Assembly (NCBI GenBank): GCA_963810305.1
Contig: CAWEMY010000005.1
Location: 525,304 to 589,303 of the forward strand
DNA from: an uncultured Acidobacteriota bacterium
Lineage (GTDB): Bacteria > Acidobacteriota > Vicinamibacteria > Vicinamibacterales > 2-12-FULL-66-21
DNA length: 64,000 nucleotides
Direction of reading: 5' to 3'
Positions 54,940 to 64,000 of the stretch are shown here, piece by piece. The notes under the pieces were generated by a model that saw nothing but the letters and a program-made list of their open reading frames with translations, was not told the DNA's origin and made no database searches. A program made the position numbers and the translations under genes. Numbering within the stretch: position 1 is the stretch's first letter; each line of letters begins with the position of its first letter.

Positions 54940-57486
54940 CGTCTTCTCTCCCTCGCGGTATTTTCCGCAGTCCTCACCTGATCCACCTGATCCGCCGTTC
55001 TCATCTGAAAAGGCACGCTCTTGACGGTAGCCAGGACCAGGGACGACCAGCGATAGTCTGCTCGTGCGGCCTGCCGCACAATGTGCCGAACGGCCGGACC
55101 GTCGTAGTACTCCAGTCCACGCCCAAGAGCGTAGGTCAGTAGCCTCTCTGCGACGGCAGAGGCCAGCCGTTCCGGTGAGCGCAGCAACACTTCTCGAAGT
55201 CCTGCGGGACCCTCAAAGGCGGTCCCATCGGGAAGTACCGCAGAGGCGTCGATGGTGGCGCCCGCGTCTCTGCTTCGCCACCGCCCGATGGCATCGAAAT
55301 TCTCGAGCGCAAAACCCAGCGGGTCCATTGGTGCGTGACACACACTGCAGGCGCGATTCGTACGATGCTTCTCGAGCAGTTGGCGCAACGGCATTTCGCC
55401 GATTGCGCCGGCACTCTCCAGGGCTGGAACGTCAGGGGGAGGTGGCGGAGGGGGCGCGTTCAGGAAGTTCTGCAGGACCCAGTGGCCGCGCAAGACCACG
55501 GACGTCCGATTGGCATACGACGTCACGGTCAGAAGGCTGCCCTGACCAAGGAGGCCGCGGCGCGCATCGAATTCCGGGCCGAGTTTCACCCGCCGAAAGT
55601 GACTCCCGTAAATGTGCGGAATGCCATAATGCCGGGCCAGCCGTTCATTGAGAAACGTATAATCCGCATCCACCAGTCTCAGGACGCTCCGGTCCTCGCG
55701 CACCATGCTCTCGAGGAACAGCTCCGTCTCCTGCCTGAATGCCTCCCGCACCTTCTCATCGAACTCCGGAAACAGCTCTCGATCCGGCTCGGATGCGCCG
55801 AGATTGCGGAGCTGCAACCATTGCGCGGCGAAATTGCGGGCAAACGCGGTTGCAAAGCGCGGATCGGCGAGCATACGCCGCACCTGCCGGTCCATTGTCA
55901 CTGGATCCTTGAGGTTGCCGCTCTCGGCCACCTTCAACAGTTCGTCATCCGGGATACTGCTCCACAGGAAAAACGACAGACGAGAGGCTAGTTGCAGGTC
56001 ACTGATCCGGTAGGGCGGCCCGGCCTTTACGGTCGCCGGCCCAGGTTCGATCCGGAACAGAAACTCGGGTCCGACCAGGATTCGGATCAGCGCCGCCCGA
56101 ATCCCTGCTTCGAAGCCCCCTTCGCTTCGAGCGGACTTGTAGACACCGAGCAGCGCTCGAACGTCCCCGTCCGTGACCGGTCGACGATACGCGCGACGAG
56201 CAAGCGTGGAAAGGATCCTCGTGGCGCAGGGTTCTTCGTCGGCGATGCCCTTGGGGCGGCAGACGAAGACCTTCGCGCGGCTCGGTGTGTCGCCCACGGC
56301 TTCGACGCGGTGAGGTCCCGTGATTTCCACGGTATTGATGGCAGGGCTGCCCCCCTTCCACTGCACCCTGTCGGGCTCGGTCTCGATGCGCGGTCGGACC
56401 ACCGGGTATTCAGGCGTGAGGTTCTCGTGCAGGAACGTGACGCCGACGATCCGCGGGCCCGCCTTGGCGAAAAAGCGTGCCTCCAGGTTGCGATCCACGT
56501 CGACGAGCTGATACGCCTCGCTCGCCTGATCGCCGATGGCGCTCGCCCGCGAAAACGGTGGTCCCGGCGTCTCCATCCTGTCGCCGCCCCCGACCGTGAA
56601 CAACTCGATTCGGCGGCCGTCCAGGCGGATATCCAGGTGATGCGGCTCGAAGAGGCCGATTACATACCCACGCGAATTCCTTTGGAGGGTGATCTTGACC
56701 GTATATTCACCGTCGGCCGGAAAGTACTGGCGAATCGCCACGCCGCCGCGGGAGCCGAACGGGAGATCCTCGCTCATCCGCTCCTCTTGCAGCAGGAGTG
56801 GGTTGACCTTTATCGAAAACGAAGACGGCTGGACGTCACGCTCTCCGACTGCAAGCCCACTGATCCGACGGGCCACGGACAGATACTGCTCGAGCAGTCC
56901 AGACGTGACCGAAAGGGCGGATCCGATATTGTCGAAGCCGTGCTGCGTCTCGTCGATCGGCAGGAGCCCGTCGCCATCGATCTCGATTGCCAGCAGGTCG
57001 CGGATGGCGTTGGTGTACCAGGTACGATTGAGACGGCGGAGAACAACCTTGCCAGGACGCGGATCCGCGAGGGCCGCGCGATCCAGTTCAGTCTCGAGAT
57101 AGGCGACGAATGCGTCCAATGCGGGTTTGTCCGGTCGCCGCATCCCCACCGGTGGCATCTGGCCTGCCCTCAGCTTTGCGACGACTTTCTCCCACGTCTC
57201 CGGAGTGTTCACCGACCTGCTCGATGGAAAGCTGATCGAGTACCAGTCCTCCCGTGGCGAGGCGGGCGTTGTGGCAGGTGACGCAGTAGTCTTTGACGAG
57301 CGCGCCGTAATCCGAAGCGGTAAGTGGGGGCAGCGATGGGACAGATGCGGCCCGGCTCGTCATCGGCCGAAATGCTTCGGCCCTGAAGGGCGCGGTGTCT
57401 GGGCTGGCGGGCCGAAGGTACCCGGCTGCACCAAGCGCGATTGTGCCGGCTAGAACGCCGACGCAACCCCAGAACACTCTTCTCAC
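54936..57486 (-). pseudogene. DUF1592/DUF1588/DUF1595-type protein with N-terminal heme-binding CxxCH module, one frame change near 57215
   Basis: Track ORF 57088..57486 gives a signal anchor and CVTCHN...GGLVLDQLSIEQ. Track ORF 54936..57212 continues NTPETWEKVVAKLRAGQMPP... and contains a second CSVCH. This architecture is typical of the partner of DUF1501. Confidence 0.8.
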
Positions 57487-57641
57487 TGACTCCCCCTTGC
57501 AGAGCCGATGGCGCGTGCGACACTTCGGGTCGGGGCGATTATAGCAACTACCTTCGTGGCTCCAACCTCAGAGCGGCAGGGACGTTCGTCGGCAGCGCCT
57601 GCCGACGTAGAATGTGTCGCGTGAGGCCAACTCGCCCGGAG

Positions 57642-58262
57642 ATGCCCCCAGGACGCGGCAAGATACATACATCGATTGCGGCCGTTGCCTGCCTCTTGCT
57701 GACGTTGGGATATGGGGCCTCCGCCACAATCAGCCAGGTCGCGCCTCGTTCGCCATCGATCTGGGATGGGGTCTTCTCTGAAGCGCAAGTCCGACGGGGG
57801 AAACAGGCTTATCAGGCTAGCTGCGCCGCGTGCCATGGCGACGACCTGGTTGCTGTGGATCCCGAATCGCCTTCCCTGACGGGCCCGCGGTTCAAAGTGG
57901 CGTGGATTGGCAAGACGATCGCCGAGCCGTTTGAGTTGACGCGAAAGACGATGCCGCCCACCAGCCCCGGCAGCCTTGACAACCAGACGAATGTCGACAT
58001 TCTGGCGTTTGTTCTCGAGTTCAACGGTTACCCCACTGGAGCGAAGGAGCTGGGAGTCGATCTCGCTGTTCTGAAGAGCATCCTGATCGAGCGGGCGGAG
58101 AACCGGCCGCGGCGCTTCGATCCGTTCAGGTCCTCTATACCGCGCTTTGGCGGCTTCGCGACAGGATCTCCGAGAACGCGCGGATCTCGAGGCTGGCGCC
58201 GCCGACAAGCGCGCCATCGACCTCCGGCAACACCATCAGCTCGTGAATGTTGTCGGGTTTGA
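57642..58262 (+). CDS. Secreted c-type cytochrome
   Basis: MPPGRGKIHTSIAAVACLLLTLGYGASA signal peptide and one CxxCH motif (CAACH). The last ~40 codons overlap the tpiA 3' end on the other strand and look non-native, so the true 3' end is uncertain. Confidence 0.6.
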   Translation: MPPGRGKIHTSIAAVACLLLTLGYGASATISQVAPRSPSIWDGVFSEAQVRRGKQAYQASCAACHGDDLVAVDPESPSLTGPRFKVAWIGKTIAEPFELTRKTMPPTSPGSLDNQTNVDILAFVLEFNGYPTGAKELGVDLAVLKSILIERAENRPRRFDPFRSSIPRFGGFATGSPRTRGSRGWRRRQARHRPPATPSARECCRV

Positions 58263-58902
58263 CGCTGCCGCCGTAGATCACGTGACAATGATCCGCGGCC
58301 GCGCCGCCGAACCCCTGGCGGATGCGGTTGCGGATGTGACGATGCGCCTCGTCCACCTGCTGCGCAGTCGCGTTGCGGCCGGTGCCAATGGCCCACACCG
58401 GCTCGTACGCCAGGACGAGGGATCCGATCTGCTCGCCGGTCAGCCCGTCGAGCCCCTGTTTGATCTGCCGGTCGAGCACGACCAGCGTGACACCACGGTC
58501 GCGCTCTTCCAGCGTCTCTCCGATGCACACGATCGGTGTCAGTTGCGCCCCGAGTGCGGCAAGCAACTTTCTGTTCACCGTCTCGTCAGTCTCCTGAAAC
58601 AGCCGGCGGCGCTCGCTGTGGCCGATGATCACGAACTCCGCTCCGGCCCCCTTGATCATTGGCGCGCTGACTTCCCCGGTGAACGCCCCCTCGCGTTCCC
58701 AGTACAGGTCCTGCGCGGCAATGCCGATCGCACTGCCGCGCGCTGCTTCCGCCGCCGCATGCAGCGCCGTGAACGGCGGGGCGACGACGACCTCGATATC
58801 AGAGATGTCCTTGATGATCCGCCGGAACTCCTTGATGAAGACGACCGCCTCGTGGACGGTCTTGTGCATCTTCCAGTTCGCCGCGATGAAAGGAGTTCGC
58901 AT
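58135..58902 (-). CDS. tpiA: Triose-phosphate isomerase
   Basis: Internal ATG at 58902 gives MRTPFIAANWKMHKT. Motifs IIGHSERR and AYEPVWAIGTG. Confidence 0.9.
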   Translation of the reverse strand: MRTPFIAANWKMHKTVHEAVVFIKEFRRIIKDISDIEVVVAPPFTALHAAAEAARGSAIGIAAQDLYWEREGAFTGEVSAPMIKGAGAEFVIIGHSERRRLFQETDETVNRKLLAALGAQLTPIVCIGETLEERDRGVTLVVLDRQIKQGLDGLTGEQIGSLVLAYEPVWAIGTGRNATAQQVDEAHRHIRNRIRQGFGGAAADHCHVIYGGSVKPDNIHELMVLPEVDGALVGGASLEIRAFSEILSRSRQSAV

Positions 58903-58920
58903 AAGAGGGTGCCATGCCAA

Positions 58921-58976
58921 GTGCGACGTGCGACGTGCGACGTGCGACGTGCGACGTGCTACGTGCTAGGTGCCAA
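58921..58976. repeat. Eight tandem heptamers GTGCGAC (5 perfect, 3 degenerate) between pgk and tpiA
   Basis: GTGCGAC x5, then GTGCTAC, GTGCTAG, GTGCCAA. The last units encode the final pgk codons and its TAG stop. Confidence 0.85.
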
Positions 58977-60149
58977 TGCCTCCACGCCCGGTAGTTTACG
59001 TCCGCCGAGGAATTCGAGCGAGGCCCCACCGCCGGTCGAGATGTGGGTGATCCGGTCGGTCACTCCCGCCTTTGCCACGGCGGCGATCGAGTCGCCGCCG
59101 CCGATGACGGTCGTGCCCTTCACTTCGGCCACCGCCTTGGCGATCTCGATGGTGCCGGTCGCGAAGGCGTCGATTTCGAACACGCCCATCGGCCCGTTCC
59201 ACGTCACAGTCTGTGCTGTCCTCAGGACCCGATGATAGCGCTCGATGGTCTTTGGTCCGATATCGAGACCCTTGCGGTCACCGATGCGTGGATCGCCGAT
59301 ATCGAGCATCTCGGTCGGCGCGCCGGCCTCGATTTTCGATGCGACGACGTGATCGACCGGAAGCTCCAGGCGCAGATTTCGCGCGCGCGCTTTCTCTTCG
59401 ACGTCACGGGCAGCATCGAGCAGGTCCTCCTCGACAAGGGAGGTGCCTACCGGAACACCGCGCGCCTTGAGAAACGTGTATGCCATCGCGCCGCCGACCA
59501 ACAGGGCATCCAGCCGCGGGACCAGATTCTGAATCACCTCGAGCTTGTCCGAAACCTTGGCCCCTCCGAGGATCGCGACGAACGGCCGGGAAGGGTTTTC
59601 GAGCACACGCCCGAGGTACTCGACTTCCGCCGCCATCAACAGTCCCGCCGCCGACTCTTTGACGTGCCGGACGATCCCTTCGGTTGACGCATGCGCGCGA
59701 TGCGCGGATCCGAAGGCATCGTTGATATAGACGTCCGCCATGGAACCAAGTTGGGCGGCGTAGGCGGGATCGTTCTTTTCCTCGCCGGCGTTGAAGCGCA
59801 GGTTTTCGAGGAGGACGATTCCAGGCCGGCTGTCAGGCCGGCTGTCAGGCCGGCTAAAGCCGGCCTCTACAGCGGAATCGAACTTCACCGGCTGGCCGAG
59901 GAGCTCGCTCAGCCTGGTCGCCACCGGCTGGAGCGAGTATTGAGGGTCGGGCTTCCCTTTGGGACGTCCGAGGTGCGAGGCGAGGATGATGACCTTCGCG
60001 CCGTTCTCGAGCGCGTACTTGATGGTCGGCAGCGACGCCCGGATGCGCGTATCGTCGGTGATCCTGCCGTCCTTCAGCGGAACGTTGAAATCGACCCGGA
60101 TGAAGACACGCTTGCCGCGGAGATCCAGGTCCTTGACGGTCCTCAGCAC
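58959..60149 (-). CDS. pgk: Phosphoglycerate kinase (intact ORF carrying an in-frame repeat element)
   Basis: Motifs FIRVDFNVP, ASHLGRPKG, LLENLRFNAGEEKND and ISTGGGASLEFL. The start abuts the gap stop with no spacer. Confidence 0.92.
   Translation of the reverse strand: MLRTVKDLDLRGKRVFIRVDFNVPLKDGRITDDTRIRASLPTIKYALENGAKVIILASHLGRPKGKPDPQYSLQPVATRLSELLGQPVKFDSAVEAGFSRPDSRPDSRPGIVLLENLRFNAGEEKNDPAYAAQLGSMADVYINDAFGSAHRAHASTEGIVRHVKESAAGLLMAAEVEYLGRVLENPSRPFVAILGGAKVSDKLEVIQNLVPRLDALLVGGAMAYTFLKARGVPVGTSLVEEDLLDAARDVEEKARARNLRLELPVDHVVASKIEAGAPTEMLDIGDPRIGDRKGLDIGPKTIERYHRVLRTAQTVTWNGPMGVFEIDAFATGTIEIAKAVAEVKGTTVIGGGDSIAAVAKAGVTDRITHISTGGGASLEFLGGRKLPGVEALAPST
59823..59870 (-). repeat. Hairpin repeat element in frame within pgk (codons 94-109: VEAGFSRPDSRPDSRP)
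   Basis: On the coding strand it reads GTAGAGGCCGGCTTTAGCCGGCCT followed by 2 x GACAGCCGGCCT. The core is identical to 8336-8359 and the 49146-49241 units. Confidence 0.8.
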
Positions 60150-61187
<1,038 letters not shown>

Positions 61188-61241
61188 CTAATACGGCTTG
61201 CGCCGCGGTCAAACAGGCGGCTACAGTTAGCCAAACCTCTC

Positions 61242-62579
61242 ATGTACGCGGTTTACAGCGTTCTCATCGTCCTGTTCTTTGCGGTGACATCGCCGTATCT
61301 GCTGTACCAGGCGATCCGGTATCGCAAGTACGTGCGGAGCCTGAGACAACGTCTCGGCTATCTGCCGCTTTCGTTCAATCTGGACGGCGACGACTCGATC
61401 TGGATCCACGCCGTCTCGGTCGGCGAGGTATTGACCGCGCGCGCGCTGCTGCCGGAGTTGCGGGAGCGCTATCCGCGTCTCCGGATCTTTCTTTCGACGA
61501 CGACGATGACCGGGCAGCAGGTGGCGCGAAACAACCTGCAATACGTCGACGAAGTCTTCTACTTTCCGTTCGATCTTCGCCTCGTCGTTCGCCGCACGCT
61601 GCGGCTGGTCCGGCCAAAGCTGTTCATCGTCATGGAGACGGAGATCTGGCCGAACCTTCTTCGCGCGTGTCGCGAGGCGGGGGTGAAAACCGTCCTGGTC
61701 AACGGACGGATTTCGTCGCGCTCCTATCCAAGGTACCGGATGGCGCGCGGCTTCTTCCGCGTCGTGCTCTCGGATATCGACCGGTTCTGCATGCAGAGCG
61801 CCGAGTCGGCGCGCCGGATCGTCGAGATCGGCGCCGATCCGGCGCGCGTGCTGGTGACCGGGTCGCTGAAGTTCGATTCGCTGGACATCCCCGGCGCCGC
61901 GGGAGCGGCCGCGGACCGCGGCCGCAACCGCGTCCTGCGCTACTTCCGGATCGCGCCTGAGCGGCCGGTCGTGATGGCGGCGAGCACGCTCAAAGGTGAA
62001 GAAGAGCCGGTGTTCGAAGCCTTTCAGCGCATTCGAGCGAATCGCAGCAACGCGCTGCTCATCATCGCGCCGCGCAAGCCGGAACGATTCGACGAAGTCG
62101 AGCGGATCGCCCGGCGCGGCGGTTGGAACGTCGCCAGGCGAAGCGAGCTGCGAGTGGACGCTGAGCCGCGCAACGACGTCATCGTTCTCGACACGATCGG
62201 AGAGCTGGCGCAGCTGTATCAAATCGGCACCGTGGTGTTCGTTGGCGGCAGCCTGGTGGATGCCGGCGGCCACAATATCCTCGAACCCGCCGTCTTCGGA
62301 AAGCCAATCGTCTTTGGTCCGCACATGGAGAACTTCGCCGAGATCGCCCAGGCGTTTCTCGAGCAGGGGGCCGCGGTCCAGGTGAAGAGCGGCCGTGAAC
62401 TCGAGACCGCGCTGCTCGAGCTGCTCGGCGACCCGGTCCGGCGGGCCAGCCTCGGCGCCGCCGCACGCGCGCTGGTCGAAGCCAACCGCGGCGCGCGCGC
62501 GAAGAGCCTCGGCGCAATCGCGCAGCTGATGCCGTCTGAGAACCAGGGGAACGTCCGGCCATTCCGGCTGGTGCAGTAG
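61242..62579 (+). CDS. waaA: 3-deoxy-D-manno-octulosonic acid (Kdo) transferase
   Basis: ATG at 61242 inside track ORF 61029..62579. Motifs IWIHAVSVGEV and FVGGSLVDAGGHNILEPA. Confidence 0.88.
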   Translation: MYAVYSVLIVLFFAVTSPYLLYQAIRYRKYVRSLRQRLGYLPLSFNLDGDDSIWIHAVSVGEVLTARALLPELRERYPRLRIFLSTTTMTGQQVARNNLQYVDEVFYFPFDLRLVVRRTLRLVRPKLFIVMETEIWPNLLRACREAGVKTVLVNGRISSRSYPRYRMARGFFRVVLSDIDRFCMQSAESARRIVEIGADPARVLVTGSLKFDSLDIPGAAGAAADRGRNRVLRYFRIAPERPVVMAASTLKGEEEPVFEAFQRIRANRSNALLIIAPRKPERFDEVERIARRGGWNVARRSELRVDAEPRNDVIVLDTIGELAQLYQIGTVVFVGGSLVDAGGHNILEPAVFGKPIVFGPHMENFAEIAQAFLEQGAAVQVKSGRELETALLELLGDPVRRASLGAAARALVEANRGARAKSLGAIAQLMPSENQGNVRPFRLVQ

Positions 62580-62584
62580 GAAGC

Positions 62585-62664
62585 GTGCGACGTGCGACGT
62601 GCGACGTGCGACGTGCGACGTGCGACGTGCGATGTGCGACGTGCTGACGTGCTGACGTGCGCAC
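62585..62664. repeat. Tandem GTGCGAC heptamers (8 copies) followed by 3 octamer variants, between waaA and lpxK
   Basis: GTGCGAC x6, GTGCGAT, GTGCGAC, then GTGCTGAC x2 and GTGCGCAC. This is the same unit as at 58921-58976. Confidence 0.85.
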
Positions 62665-62694
62665 GTGCCGGGTTGCAACGTGCTCATGTAATTA

Positions 62695-63687
62695 ATGCTG
62701 TCCACTCTTTACGCGGCGATCGCGCGACGGCGGCGCGAGTGGTACGCGGCGCGGCCGGAGGCGCGGCGGCGGCTTCGGCATCCGGTGATCAGCATCGGCA
62801 ACATCGCTGCCGGCGGGCGGGGCAAGACGCCGTTCACGGCGACTATCGCGCGGCTGCTTCTCGACATGGGGGAGAGGCCGGCGATTCTGAGCCGCGGCTA
62901 CGGCAGGACGGATCCGGTGGAGGGCGCGGTAGTGGTCCGCGACGCTCAGGGGATTCGCGCGGACCTCGCTCGATCGGGTGACGAACCATTGATGCTCGCG
63001 CGGCAGCTCGAGGGAGCGATCGTGATGTCGGGCGCGGACCGGTATCTAAGCGGCCGCCTCGCCGAACATCACCTCGGCGCGACGGTGCACCTGCTCGACG
63101 ATGGGTTCCAGCACTTCGCACTCGATCGCGACCTCGACATCGTCCTCGTATCGGCCGCGGATCTCAATGGCGCGAAGACGCTGCCGGCCGGGCGGCTCCG
63201 CGAACCGTCGGACGTCTTGATTGCCGCCGACGCGATTGTCTGCACCGACGTCGACACGACGATCAGCGTTCCCGACATCCCGGTCTTTCGAGCCGTCCGG
63301 ACGATCGGCGATGTGGTATTCGACGAGACCGGACCGCCGCCGCCTCCTGCCGGCGCCACCGTGCTCGCCATCGCCGGTATCGCGAACCCCGCGCCCTTCT
63401 TCGCGGCGCTGGCCCAGGCCGGATGGCAGGCAGGCGCGACGATGACGTTCCGGGATCACCACCCGTACACGGCTGAAGACGTTGCGCGATTCGCGAGTGC
63501 CACCGCGGCGGCGGGTGGAGCAGCGGTTATCACCACGGAAAAGGATTACGTCCGCCTGCTGCCGTACCGGCCGTTCCCGCTCGCGATCGGGTGGCTGCCG
63601 CTTACAATCACTGCCGAGCCCGACGGCGACTTCCGCCGATGGCTCGCGGTCGAAGTCGGGGCCGCACGCGATACCGTCATTGGCTGA
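62695..63687 (+). CDS. lpxK: Tetraacyldisaccharide 4'-kinase
   Basis: 330 aa. P-loop ISIGNIAAGGRGKTPF and motif TTEKD. Confidence 0.9.
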   Translation: MLSTLYAAIARRRREWYAARPEARRRLRHPVISIGNIAAGGRGKTPFTATIARLLLDMGERPAILSRGYGRTDPVEGAVVVRDAQGIRADLARSGDEPLMLARQLEGAIVMSGADRYLSGRLAEHHLGATVHLLDDGFQHFALDRDLDIVLVSAADLNGAKTLPAGRLREPSDVLIAADAIVCTDVDTTISVPDIPVFRAVRTIGDVVFDETGPPPPPAGATVLAIAGIANPAPFFAALAQAGWQAGATMTFRDHHPYTAEDVARFASATAAAGGAAVITTEKDYVRLLPYRPFPLAIGWLPLTITAEPDGDFRRWLAVEVGAARDTVIG

Positions 63688-64000
63688 ACAGCACGTTTCC
63701 CTGCGTCATCGTTTTGAACACCTCGCCGTCGCCGCCGTGATCGGCGTCGTTCGGCGGCTGCCGATGCGCGGCGTTCTGGCCGCGGGGACGGTGCTCGGCC
63801 GCGCATTCCACGCGCTCGACGGCGGCCATCGTCGCCTGGCGATCGACAACCTGCAGGCGGCCTTCCCGTTGCAATCGAGGCGGCAGAGCGGCGTCATCGC
63901 GCGGCGGATGTTCGAGCACTTCGGCCAGCTGCTGATGGTGCTGTTGAAGTTCAGCACGCTGGCGCCGCGCGAGATGCTCGCGCACGTTGAATTCGAGGGG
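63680..64000 (+). CDS. Lipid A biosynthesis (LpxL/HtrB-type) lysophospholipid acyltransferase, N-terminal fragment (runs off the window)
   Basis: An open frame runs from the TTG at 63680 (which overlaps the lpxK stop) to the window end. It reads RFEHLAVAAVIGVVRRLPMRGVLAAGTVLGRAFHALDGGHRRLAIDNLQAAFP, as in LpxL-family N-termini. It is absent from the ORF track because no stop falls in the window. The start is uncertain. Confidence 0.55.
   Translation, partial: MAEQHVSLRHRFEHLAVAAVIGVVRRLPMRGVLAAGTVLGRAFHALDGGHRRLAIDNLQAAFPLQSRRQSGVIARRMFEHFGQLLMVLLKFSTLAPREMLAHVEFEG

Overview
This is a high-GC window, about two-thirds G+C by eye, and it looks like ordinary bacterial chromosome. No integrase, transposase, phage gene or CRISPR array was seen. 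The gene repertoire (a PEP-CTERM tail, a DUF1501/DUF1592 pair, Tat signals, periplasmic cytochromes c) suggests Acidobacteriota or a neighbouring phylum; this is inference only.

Gene content, left to right:
- 1-24.5 kb: housekeeping and miscellaneous genes. These are an SF1 helicase fragment, a J-domain protein, apbC/mrp, an MFS transporter, ggt, two M16 peptidases, two MDR dehydrogenases, an amidase, pyk, nhaA, mbfA, a cytochrome c, LOG, DinB and a NamZ-like gene.
- 25-46 kb: a roughly 21 kb glycan (O-antigen or capsule-like) locus. It holds a GT4, a DegT aminotransferase, the Wzm/Wzt ABC exporter, a NeuD/PglD-type acetyltransferase, four tandem paralogues of an unusual GT-A-like protein, a C-methyltransferase, rfbF, rfbG, an RmlC-like epimerase, three tandem acyltransferase-3 paralogues and an SDR epimerase.
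- 46-48.6 kb: a TadG-like gene and a tiny PEP-CTERM gene.
- 49-57.5 kb: tRNA-Leu(GAG), secG and a DUF1592 / DUF1501 / ankyrin / Tat-flavoprotein operon.
- 58-64 kb: gap-pgk-tpiA and waaA-lpxK-lpxL.

Main observations beyond the gene list:
1. A hairpin repeat (GTAGAGGCCGGCTTTAGCCGGCCT) sits in frame inside pgk and inside ggt, and is present as a tandem triplet between secG and tRNA-Leu.
2. A 28-nt perfect palindrome family occurs at convergent gene ends. The two copies differ by one compensatory base-pair change, and the palindrome supplies TAG stop codons.
3. Heptanucleotide tandem-repeat arrays occupy at least six intergenic or gene-end sites.
4. At least 11 otherwise well-conserved genes are split by about 14 single-base frame changes. 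This is most economically explained by assembly indels, but it needs checking.

Many long ORFs in the supplied track are antisense or out-of-frame shadows typical of high-GC DNA and were not called.
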